DNA of 64,000 nucleotides from Chlorobium sp. (GTDB lineage Bacteria > Bacteroidota > Chlorobiia > Chlorobiales > Chlorobiaceae), in contig SZXX01000040.1 in NCBI GenBank assembly GCA_005843825.1, forward strand, positions 2,215 to 66,214, given 5' to 3'. How positions within the stretch are numbered: the stretch's first letter is position 1; every line of letters begins with the position of its first letter. Of the stretch, positions 1 to 8,259 are shown in pieces. The position numbers and the translations under genes were made by a program. The notes beneath the pieces were generated by a model that made no database searches, had not been told where the DNA came from, and saw only the letters and a program-made list of their open reading frames with translations.

Positions 1-75
1 CAACACTATTTTACTTTCTTACGATTGTGAGGTTCAGGTTCTCGTCGGGATGCTATTGCTAACTGAAGGAATCTT

Positions 76-906
76 ATGACACGATATGCGGAAAGCTTGT
101 TCAAACCACTTCCCTATTTACCCCGCAGCAGAGCTTTTTTGCTAAGGTTACTTATGCTCCCCAATTTGTTTTTGACCAGAGCCTACGGTCTTGAAAATCT
201 TGAGGGGTCGGGGAGTGCATGCATCTATGCTTTCAACCACAACAATTCGATTGAAGTTCTGATGGTGCCGGCACTGATTGTATACCATCTCGGTGGCCGT
301 ATGATCAGTTTTGTCATTGACTGGATGTATGGCAAGGTTCCTGTTCTCGGTTCTTTGATGGACATGACCAATCCCGTGTATGTCTATAATAAACGTTCTT
401 TTCTGCGCTGGATAGAGGCAAAACGGATGACCCGCCCTCTGGATGGCACTGTGGAGAGGTGCGCAGAAAGACTTCGTTCAGGTCAGAGTATCGGGATTTT
501 TCCAGAGGGGACACGTAACAGGAGTGCTGAGCACTTGCTTCAGGGAAAGCCGGGTATAGGCCATATAGCCTTGAAGACCGGGTCCAGTGTTGTGCCTGTG
601 GGCATTGACTTTGAGTGCAGGAAAAGAAAGGGACGCATACCTGTGCTTGGGCGAACCATTGTGAGAGTCGGTAAGCCGCTTGATTTCCAGCATCAGTCAA
701 AAAAATATCTGGCACTCCTTGCCGATACTTCATGCAAAAGCAATAAATCCTCAGAGCTCAATAGAATGGCTGCTGATGTTACAAAAGAAATCATGTTCTC
801 GCTGGCTGACCTTTCCGGCAAGCGATACAGCGAACCCTGCAGTGTGATTAATAAAACATTTTCTTCAACAACCATAAACCCAAAGGAGCATCTATGTCGA
901 GTGTAA
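76..906 (+). CDS. Lysophospholipid (PlsC/LPLAT-family) acyltransferase
   Basis: H-x4-D/E-type block FNHNNSIEV and the second acyltransferase block IGIFPEGTRNR. Size 276 aa. Its stop overlaps the start of the next gene by 13 nt. Confidence 0.75.
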   Translation: MTRYAESLFKPLPYLPRSRAFLLRLLMLPNLFLTRAYGLENLEGSGSACIYAFNHNNSIEVLMVPALIVYHLGGRMISFVIDWMYGKVPVLGSLMDMTNPVYVYNKRSFLRWIEAKRMTRPLDGTVERCAERLRSGQSIGIFPEGTRNRSAEHLLQGKPGIGHIALKTGSSVVPVGIDFECRKRKGRIPVLGRTIVRVGKPLDFQHQSKKYLALLADTSCKSNKSSELNRMAADVTKEIMFSLADLSGKRYSEPCSVINKTFSSTTINPKEHLCRV

Positions 907-1589
907 GCGTAAGCAGGGTTGAGAGTGCCGGCGATCGTGCGGCTGCTCTTGAAGTGATCAAGAGGGTTTTTTGTGTTGAAAAAAACTGGATCAGCACCGT
1001 GCAGAATCAGATTCCCGATGAGCTTTCCGGAAATAATGGCGTTTCATGGTTTCTGGCATCAGTTAATGGCAAACCTGCAGGGGTGATGCGCCTCCTTTAT
1101 GATCCATCTTTAGACATTCCTGCTGAATACGATGTAAAGTTTATGCCGGGCATAGATGTTGAAGAACTTAAAAGTGCCGGAAAATACGTTGAAATCGGCA
1201 GGTTCATGATCCTTGAGGAGTTCCGCAAAAACCCGAGGATAGCTCTCCGTTTGATGCGATCAGCTACTGCTGAGGTTATAGAGCGTGATTACACTCACTT
1301 TATTACCGATGTTTTTGAAGGCGAGAAACATTCACCACTCAACTTTCATATCCGGGTACTCGGGTTTGAAGTGGTCGGGAAGCACTTGTTTGGCGAGTTG
1401 AACTGCAGTTCGACAAGAATTATTCTGACCCTTGATATTCTGAAGCTCTACAGCCGGATCAAGGATAGCCGGAGCAGAATCTACAGTGAATTGACTGATG
1501 GGTTCAAGGGGATTATAGAGCGTAAGGCAGCTATGGCACAGAGCGGGATTTCAAGAAGATTACGGGAGCTTAGCGTAGTACAGCCATAA
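894..1589 (+). CDS. GNAT-fold N-acyl amino acid synthase-like protein (FeeM/OlsB/GlsB-like)
   Basis: 231 aa. The pattern R..F..E..W ... VEIGRFMILEEFRKNPRIALRLMR ... FH..LGFE is typical of FeeM-type N-acyltransferases. Translationally coupled to the PlsC-like gene. Confidence 0.55.
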   Translation: MSSVSVSRVESAGDRAAALEVIKRVFCVEKNWISTVQNQIPDELSGNNGVSWFLASVNGKPAGVMRLLYDPSLDIPAEYDVKFMPGIDVEELKSAGKYVEIGRFMILEEFRKNPRIALRLMRSATAEVIERDYTHFITDVFEGEKHSPLNFHIRVLGFEVVGKHLFGELNCSSTRIILTLDILKLYSRIKDSRSRIYSELTDGFKGIIERKAAMAQSGISRRLRELSVVQP

Positions 1590-1628
1590 TTGCAGATGAT
1601 TGTATAATAATAACTACGGGAGGGGTTT

Positions 1629-1889
1629 ATGCTTCGACTGGATGAATTGAAGGCTGAAATTAAAGGCGAGTTTTTTTTGCAGGAGGAGCTGAAAAAGCAT
1701 GATGTGAAAAAAGTTGAAGCACAAGCTGATATCATCATTAAGCCTGCCGGAAAAAAAGATCTTGTAAAAGTGCTTCGGATGCTTGAGAAATCCGGTTTTC
1801 CCCATCTCGTTATCAATTCCAAAGGGAGGGTGGTTTTCCCTGACAGACGCTTTCATGGCGCAGTTATTGTGACAGACCTGAAACTATAG
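1629..1889 (+). CDS. Small hypothetical protein resembling the N-terminal FAD-binding subdomain of MurB (possible gene remnant)
   Basis: LKKHDVKKVEAQADIIIKPAGKKDLVKVLRMLEKSGFPHLVINSKGRVVFPDRRFHGAVIV parallels the MurB pattern L..HTT.kiGGPAD..v.P.s.eel..vl........p..vlG.GSNlLv.D.G.rGvVI, but the catalytic-type residues are degenerate. Confidence 0.4.
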   Translation: MLRLDELKAEIKGEFFLQEELKKHDVKKVEAQADIIIKPAGKKDLVKVLRMLEKSGFPHLVINSKGRVVFPDRRFHGAVIVTDLKL

Positions 1890-2005
1890 AAGAAGGGCTT
1901 CACTGTTCACCGACATGTAACAGTTGCTCAGCAGAGCAAGTCGTACATTAGGGCATTATTAGTCAAGATAAACGTACAACCAGGTCAACATCACATACAG
2001 AGCCC

Positions 2006-2512
2006 ATGAAACCTTATTCCTTTTGCCCCGTATGCGGGACAATGCTTAATCGAGCGATGATAGACGGGCGCGGTCGAAAGATTTGTCTGTCGTGTTCATG
2101 GGTACATTATATTAATCCTCTTCCAGTGGCGATAGCCTATACTGTAAACAGAAATGAAGAACTCCTTGTAGTGCGGAGGGCTCATGAACCGGCAATTAAC
2201 GAATGGTCTCTTCCAGGGGGATTTCTTGAGGCAGGGGAAAGTGCTGAAGAGGGATGTTTGCGGGAGCTGATTGAGGAGACCTCTCTCGAAGGGGAAATCG
2301 ATTCTCTCATTGGCATCTATCACCGCAATGTTGAACCCTATGGCTCGCTCCTTGTACTTGCATACAGGGTGGTCGTTGACAATGATGCCATATCGATCAA
2401 TCATGAGCTGTTCGATGCCGGCTTTTATCCTGAGCATCTCATGCCCGAAGTCCGGATACCTCTGCACCGGACAATTATGATGGATGCCGCCCTGTGCGAA
2501 TCAGTTCAGTGA
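2006..2512 (+). CDS. NUDIX hydrolase with N-terminal zinc ribbon
   Basis: C-x2-C-x14-C-x2-C (CPVCG...CLSC) followed by the Nudix box GGFLEAGESAEEGCLRELIEETSL. Confidence 0.85.
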   Translation: MKPYSFCPVCGTMLNRAMIDGRGRKICLSCSWVHYINPLPVAIAYTVNRNEELLVVRRAHEPAINEWSLPGGFLEAGESAEEGCLRELIEETSLEGEIDSLIGIYHRNVEPYGSLLVLAYRVVVDNDAISINHELFDAGFYPEHLMPEVRIPLHRTIMMDAALCESVQ

Positions 2513-2521
2513 AGCTTTACT

Positions 2522-4357
2522 TCAGGCGCTTTTAAGGGTTTTTGCGGCTGGTGCAACAGGAAAAATCACACTGAATACTGTGCCCTGGTTTACTCTGGAA
2601 CGAACCTCAACATTACCTTTATGAGCAAGAACAATATGCTTGACGATTGAGAGCCCCAGACCTGTTCCGCCGAGTTGGCGGGACCGGGCCTTGTCAACGC
2701 GGTAAAAACGCTCAAATATTCTGCCGAGATCCTCTTTTGCTATACCTATACCGTTATCCTCCACCTCAACATGAACATTATTATCTATTCGGAATGCTGA
2801 AATCCAGATTGCTCCATTCTGCTCATTAACATATTTAATGGCGTTGTCAAGAAGATTACGGACAACAATTTCCAGATATACTGCATCGGCATAGACTGGC
2901 GGAAGATCCTCGGGAATTTTGAGATCCAGCTTGATATGCTTTTTTTCAAGTGACAGCTTTAACAAGCCAACAGATTTTGCAATAATACTGTTTATATCAA
3001 CCGGCATGAACTGATAGACAATCTGACCGGACTCTATCCTTGAAAGGTCGAGCACATCGTTTACCAGGGCAGTGAGCTGTGCCGTAGCTTCCAGAATAAT
3101 TTTCAAAAATTCAGCGGAATGTTGCGGGTCATCCATCGCTCCATCGAGGAGCGTTTCAGTATAGCCACTGATGATTGAGAGCGGAGTCCTGAGTTCGTGT
3201 GAGACGCTTGAGACAAAATCCCTTCGGATTCTTTCCAGATTGCGGAGTTTGGTGATGTCGTTCAGGACAAACACTGTTCCATCGAAGCGTCCTTCTTTCA
3301 TGACAGGCATCGAACTGATTTGCAAGATGCGCGATCCTTTTGAGTCTGTCACTGTCCGTTCTTCTTTGATAAGTGTTATATGGTTTTTGTGAACTTTCGC
3401 GAAAAGCTCCTGCAGCTTGGTGTCAGAAAGGTGCCTGATAGGCCGGGCTTTGAACATGTCGCCATCGATACGGAACATTCTTGATGCTGCCGGATTGACC
3501 ATGATGATATCACCGGCAGTATTTGTAACGATTATAGCTTCCCGAATACCTGAAAAAACAGCCTGATACCACTCCACAATACGTTGCAAACTGTTAATCT
3601 CATCCGTCATATCCTTGAATGCATGAGCAATAGAACCAATTTCATCATTGCGATGAAGAGGAATGTTTGCTGGCAAGTCGCCGGACGTTCTTTGTTGAGT
3701 AGTGGCAGCGAGAGTTATGAGCGGCCGGCTAAGAAAAAAAGAGGTCACAACACCTGTAATAAGGGAAAATAGAAATGTCAGAAAGAAGTCCTGGCCTATG
3801 TTTTTGCTCATTCCGATATTGAAGAGTCCTATATCGTAGAGAGGTTTGGAAAACCGGAGAATGGCATAGGGTTTCGGGAAACCCACTGGAACGGCCATAT
3901 AGAGCAGCTGTTCTTTTACAGTTTGACTGAGACGGGTGTCTTCACCATAACCTGTTGCAAAAGAGGATATTACTTCCGGCCTGTTGCGATGGTTTTCCAG
4001 TACCGACAGCTTGTTTTGTGGAATAAAGGAGTCTCCGATAACGCGTCCATCAAGACCAATGAGCGTGACCCTGATATCAAGAGTGCCTCCAAGACGCTTT
4101 GCCCATGCATCTGCTGTGCCTGATGACATAAGTTCAAGGGGATTACGGTCAAGAACCTGCTTGTTGTACAGAAGATCCTTACGCAGTTCCTTCTTGATTT
4201 CAGATGTCAGAATACAGGTCAACTGACGACTAACGAAGAGATAGCTGATTGAAAAGGCAAAAAAAACAAGTATGCCGATAACAGCGGCCAGTTTTATAAA
4301 AACCTTACTCTGCATTGGTGGATTCCTGTTTTTCCTCAAGTTTGTAGCCAAATCCAC
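2522..4357 (-). CDS. phoR: Sensor histidine kinase, PhoR-like (TM-HAMP-PAS-HisKA-HATPase)
   Basis: H-box FVSSVSHELRTPL, N-box LLDNAIKY, DNGIGI and GGTGLGLSI. It lies directly downstream of and overlaps a PhoB-like regulator. The start may be the internal Met at 4315. Confidence 0.8.
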   Translation of the reverse strand: MDLATNLRKNRNPPMQSKVFIKLAAVIGILVFFAFSISYLFVSRQLTCILTSEIKKELRKDLLYNKQVLDRNPLELMSSGTADAWAKRLGGTLDIRVTLIGLDGRVIGDSFIPQNKLSVLENHRNRPEVISSFATGYGEDTRLSQTVKEQLLYMAVPVGFPKPYAILRFSKPLYDIGLFNIGMSKNIGQDFFLTFLFSLITGVVTSFFLSRPLITLAATTQQRTSGDLPANIPLHRNDEIGSIAHAFKDMTDEINSLQRIVEWYQAVFSGIREAIIVTNTAGDIIMVNPAASRMFRIDGDMFKARPIRHLSDTKLQELFAKVHKNHITLIKEERTVTDSKGSRILQISSMPVMKEGRFDGTVFVLNDITKLRNLERIRRDFVSSVSHELRTPLSIISGYTETLLDGAMDDPQHSAEFLKIILEATAQLTALVNDVLDLSRIESGQIVYQFMPVDINSIIAKSVGLLKLSLEKKHIKLDLKIPEDLPPVYADAVYLEIVVRNLLDNAIKYVNEQNGAIWISAFRIDNNVHVEVEDNGIGIAKEDLGRIFERFYRVDKARSRQLGGTGLGLSIVKHIVLAHKGNVEVRSRVNQGTVFSVIFPVAPAAKTLKSA

Positions 4358-5015
4358 GCACCGTTTTGATCATACTCCCTGTATCGCCCAGTTTTTCCCG
4401 GATTCTGGTAATGTGGGTATCGATAGTTCTCGTATTGAGTGCCTTATCGACATTCCATACATCGCTGAGCAGCATTTCCCGTGATTGGGCCTCTCCCTTC
4501 CTTTTAATCAATGCAACAAGAAGCTTGAACTCCATGAGGGTAAGTACAAGCTCCCGACCATCGAGTGTAACAATATGACGGGTTAAATCGATTTCCAAAC
4601 CGCAAACCTTGAGTACCTCCTGGATTTTTCCGGCTTTGCGACGCTCTCTATTGAGAATAGCCCGTATCCTCAGGGTCAGCTCACGCGGGCTGAATGGCTT
4701 GACAACATAGTCATCGACCCCGAGTTCAAAGCCGAGAATCCTGTCTATTTCCTCTCCCTTTGCTGTGAGCATGATAATCGGGAGATCTTTGTGCAGTTGA
4801 TTTTGTCTGATAGTCCGACATACGTCAAAGCCGCTTATTCCAGGCAGCATGATATCAAGCAATACCAAGTCAAAATTATTCGCTGAAAGTTGTTCAAGTC
4901 CATCTTCACCGGAACCTGATATATTACATTTAAAGCCGGCACGGACGAGATTGTATTCGAGAAGTTTCGAGAGGTTCTGGTCATCCTCTATAACGAGAAG
5001 CATTGGAACCGACAT
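4305..5015 (-). CDS. phoB: OmpR/PhoB-family response regulator
   Basis: Receiver domain (LLVIEDD, LVLLDIMLPG, MLTAKGEEIDRILGFELGVDDYVVKPFSPRELTLRIRAIL is very PhoB-like) plus a winged-helix C-terminus (VRGFGYKL). Confidence 0.85.
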   Translation of the reverse strand: MSVPMLLVIEDDQNLSKLLEYNLVRAGFKCNISGSGEDGLEQLSANNFDLVLLDIMLPGISGFDVCRTIRQNQLHKDLPIIMLTAKGEEIDRILGFELGVDDYVVKPFSPRELTLRIRAILNRERRKAGKIQEVLKVCGLEIDLTRHIVTLDGRELVLTLMEFKLLVALIKRKGEAQSREMLLSDVWNVDKALNTRTIDTHITRIREKLGDTGSMIKTVRGFGYKLEEKQESTNAE

Positions 5016-5145
5016 AGGAGTGTTGTTTTCTTATAGAGTACGGAATTTTGGCAATAGACCATGAGACTTCAATATTGGAGAGTGATTCCATTGCAGGTTA
5101 ATGCCAGGAAGGGCTGGTGACAATCGATACTTACTTTGTTGTAAA

Positions 5146-5181
5146 GACAAAAAGCCATCTCTCATGAGACAGCTTTTTGTC
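5146..5181 (-). terminator. Possible weak terminator or processing hairpin between pstS and phoB
   Basis: 10-bp inverted repeat GACAAAAAGC (5146-5155) / GCTTTTTGTC (5172-5181) with a 16-nt loop. The stem is AT-rich and the U-tract is weak. Confidence 0.3.
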
Positions 5182-5220
5182 GTTTGATCTTTTACCATTG
5201 ATAACGGGTTTCGACAAAAA

Positions 5221-6048
5221 TCAATATTTGTTGACAAAACCGATTTCGCTGATTATGCGTTTGCCCGCTGGAGTTTTTGCCAGATCAACAAACTTTTTGA
5301 CATTACCAGCTGGCTCACCGTTGGTGTACATGAAGAGCGGGCGGTGTACAGGATAGGTGCCGTTCTTGACTGTTTTTACTTCGGACTTGATACCGTCAAC
5401 AAGAATGGCCTTAACTGAATGGTCAACAAAGCCGAGACCTATAAAGCCTATTGCACCAGGTGTAGTGGCTACACGACTCTTGATTGCACCATTGCTTGAC
5501 TGGGTTTCTGCTTTGTCAAAAATCTTTGCTTCTCCCATAACCAACTCTTTGAAGGAGTCCTGGGTACCACTGTTCGATTCACGCTGGATGACAATAATAC
5601 CTGCATTTGGTCCACCTACTTCTTTCCAGTTGGTATACTTGCCAGAGTAAATATCGCGGATCTGCGCTTTTGAAAGACCTTTCACGCGGTTGCTTGGATG
5701 GACAACAATCGAAAGACCGTCAAGTGCTACAATGTTTGCGACAGGGTTTATGCCGTTGGCTTTTGCTGCAGCTATTTCACCCTCTTTCATTGGTCTTGAC
5801 ATATCAGCAATGTCACAGGTTTTGTTGATCAGGCTCTTTGCGCCATTACCTGAACCAGACTCGCTTACAGTTACCTCTACGCCTGTAGTTTTGGTAAAAT
5901 GCTCAGCAAATGCCTTGGCGATAGGGCCTACCGTAGTTGAGCCATCAAGAACAATTTTATCTGCTGCCAGGGCTGTTCCAGATGCCATAGCACCTAAAAC
6001 TGTCGCACTTAAAAGGATTTTTTTAAAAATTTTCATGGTGTAAGTCAT
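5221..6048 (-). CDS. pstS: Phosphate ABC transporter substrate-binding protein PstS (PhoT family)
   Basis: Signal peptide, then DGSTTVGPI, SGSGNG, DIADMSRPMK and ESNSGT motifs typical of PstS-type PBPs. Sits next to phoBR. Confidence 0.85.
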   Translation of the reverse strand: MTYTMKIFKKILLSATVLGAMASGTALAADKIVLDGSTTVGPIAKAFAEHFTKTTGVEVTVSESGSGNGAKSLINKTCDIADMSRPMKEGEIAAAKANGINPVANIVALDGLSIVVHPSNRVKGLSKAQIRDIYSGKYTNWKEVGGPNAGIIVIQRESNSGTQDSFKELVMGEAKIFDKAETQSSNGAIKSRVATTPGAIGFIGLGFVDHSVKAILVDGIKSEVKTVKNGTYPVHRPLFMYTNGEPAGNVKKFVDLAKTPAGKRIISEIGFVNKY

Positions 6049-6185
6049 GATTTAGTTAACAAGATTGAAATAAAATAAAAAGATTTTTTGCTGAAAAACC
6101 GGTACTACAAGACTGCCCATCAGCATTTTGAACAGCCTTGTAAACCAGCCACGTAACACAACAACGAAAGAACAACACACAACGT

Positions 6186-7349
6186 TTAGAACTTTACAAG
6201 AGCATCAAGCTGCAACTGGTGAAGCTGCGGATTGACTGCCGGAACAGTTGAATCATTAATATTGCTGTAGTTGTAGTACCTTGCACCGATGGTCAGGTTC
6301 TGGACAAGATGATAGGTACCTGCAAGTTCAAAACCTTTGACGTTAACGATGTCAGTTACTTTTCTGTTGGCATCGGTAACCAGTGGGAATACAGAATCTC
6401 TCTGGATGCTTGTGTATCTGGCATCAAGCGCCCACTCTCCTACCTTCTTTGCATCACCGAGAGTCACACCGGCAAGCCATGCATTTCTCTGGCTGTTATC
6501 AATGCTGGAGTAACTGGCATGATCAGCAGTATTAAGTGCATACTGTCCATAGACCTTCCATGGAAGTGATGGTGTAAGCTGACCGCCGACTTTACCGAAA
6601 ATCTCAGCAATGTCGTATCCTGAGTGGGCCCAAGAGGTTGGAACACTTGCAGTAGAAGTGGTTGTATTTCCGTCAACAGTGGCGAGATTCTGCAGGTTTC
6701 TGTATACATTATACCCGGCACCTAACAGGTAGCTTACATCATTGATTTTACCTTTGTAAGCACCTTGACCAAGGTACATCACTGGTGAGACGACCGTAGA
6801 ACTTGCTGCTTCGTTTACAAAATAATAGCCGGCAATTAAAACCACTCCATCCTTCTCTTTGCCATTGATATCTTTTCCATACTGCAAGGTCGCACCTTCA
6901 ATGGTCAGATCAGGGCTATAGACAAGATTGTCTACCCGGATAATGGTATTGGAAACATCTCTCTTCCCGATTAACACATTCAGCTTACCATCCAGACAGT
7001 AAGCTTTCGGATGGTAGTTCACAAACTCTTCGTTGAGAAAGATATTTTTTGGCAGAAATACATTACCAAAGTTCTGATTACGGGATATTGTGTTTGATGC
7101 TGAAGTGTTATCCGTATCTGACGAGAGTTGCACACCAGCGGACAATTCATCATTGATAACTGGATAGGCACCGATACGGACACGAAGGCGGTTGCGGTCC
7201 ATCCCGGGTGTAGTTGACTGAGTGGATTTATCCAGCAACTGATACTCATGGCGTTCGCGAACATCTCCGGCCCAGTTCCAGTCAACGGCTTTCGCCTGAT
7301 TGACCCCGAAGGCTGCGGCCAGACCGACCAATAATGCTACTTTCTTCAT
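6186..7349 (-). CDS. Outer-membrane beta-barrel porin, probably phosphate-starvation inducible
   Basis: Signal peptide MKKVALLVGLAAAFGVNQAKA, alternating beta-strand pattern, C-terminal LDALVKF (terminal Phe). Upstream of pstS on the same strand, and a Pho-box-like array lies upstream. Confidence 0.6.
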   Translation of the reverse strand: MKKVALLVGLAAAFGVNQAKAVDWNWAGDVRERHEYQLLDKSTQSTTPGMDRNRLRVRIGAYPVINDELSAGVQLSSDTDNTSASNTISRNQNFGNVFLPKNIFLNEEFVNYHPKAYCLDGKLNVLIGKRDVSNTIIRVDNLVYSPDLTIEGATLQYGKDINGKEKDGVVLIAGYYFVNEAASSTVVSPVMYLGQGAYKGKINDVSYLLGAGYNVYRNLQNLATVDGNTTTSTASVPTSWAHSGYDIAEIFGKVGGQLTPSLPWKVYGQYALNTADHASYSSIDNSQRNAWLAGVTLGDAKKVGEWALDARYTSIQRDSVFPLVTDANRKVTDIVNVKGFELAGTYHLVQNLTIGARYYNYSNINDSTVPAVNPQLHQLQLDALVKF

Positions 7350-7444
7350 AATAATTATGTTGTTTGGTTGTGTGTGATCTCTACATGAAAAATTCCGAAC
7401 TTTTATCGCATATCTTCATGCGCCACATAATGTAACCATCGTTG

Positions 7445-7483
7445 TGTTAAGGGTTTGTTACGGGAGTGTGACATGATTGTGAA
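7445..7483 (-). promoter_or_regulatory. Pho-box-like array: four hexamer direct repeats with exact 11-bp phasing
   Basis: Plus strand: TGTTAA (7445), TGTTAC (7456), TGTGAC (7467), TGTGAA (7478). On the porin sense strand these read TTCACA/GTCACA/GTAACA/TTAACA. A -10-like TACATT (7429-7434) lies 10 nt downstream of the last repeat. Confidence 0.6.
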
Positions 7484-7695
7484 CAATAATTGGATCACAA
7501 ATCCCCCCTTGAGTTGTGGTATAAAAAAGGGGCAGACGATGAGAAATGGGGAGGGATTTGTCAACTATTAATTGAGGGTAAATGCCAGCAGGAGTCTACT
7601 GATCGGGAACGTAAAGTCGGCCATATTGTTAACAATTGTAAAAATGCATATCTTCTGATCGATTTATTGTATTTCCTGAACACCAACATGACGTT

Positions 7696-8082
7696 ATGAG
7701 TGCAGCAACCCGATCCATCGCAGTTCTGATGCTTGTCGGGATGCTTTTCCAGATAAACAGCGTTTTCGTCTGTTATGGACTTTTCTTTTTAAATCAAAAG
7801 TCAATAGCTGAAACTGTCTGCGAAAAGAAAACAATGGATTGCTGCGGACACTGTTTCCTCCATAAAAAAATCGCCGCAACGAGCGAGACCCAGCCTGCAC
7901 CAACTGAGAAGCAGGTGCCAACTAAAACGCAGGAAGAGTTGCTCAACGCAATGCCAGGCGTTCTCGCTGACATGCAACCTGCTCTGAAAACCGAAAGCAA
8001 TAGTCGTATATTTACCGCAGTCCACTCTTCTTTTTTACTAGACGGCGTCTTTCGCCAAATCGACCATCCGCCGAACACCTAG
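7696..8082 (+). CDS. Small membrane-anchored protein with Cys/His motif
   Basis: One N-terminal TM segment (IAVLMLVGMLFQINSVFVCYGLFFL), then C-x6-CC-x-H-C-x2-H (CEKKTMDCCGHCFLH). First gene of a plus-strand run ending in the TonB-dependent receptor. Confidence 0.45.
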   Translation: MSAATRSIAVLMLVGMLFQINSVFVCYGLFFLNQKSIAETVCEKKTMDCCGHCFLHKKIAATSETQPAPTEKQVPTKTQEELLNAMPGVLADMQPALKTESNSRIFTAVHSSFLLDGVFRQIDHPPNT

Positions 8083-8259
8083 CTTTACCTATCAGACTTG
8101 AACTCATCTCCCTTTTAAAAAGGGTCGGGATGGAACGTTCAAAATTATTCGCTGTATGTGCATTGGAGCATGCGCTTGACAGTTCGCATTTGAGCTTATC
8201 TGCTCTTTGCGCATTTGGACTGTCACGCATGGCTTCTTAACTCAAATTAAGATTCAACT

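Noticed and set aside
7490-7699. 69-aa plus-strand ORF with a TTG start
   Set aside because: It begins immediately next to the Pho-box-like array, has no signal or motif and uses a weak start. It is more likely part of the divergent regulatory region.
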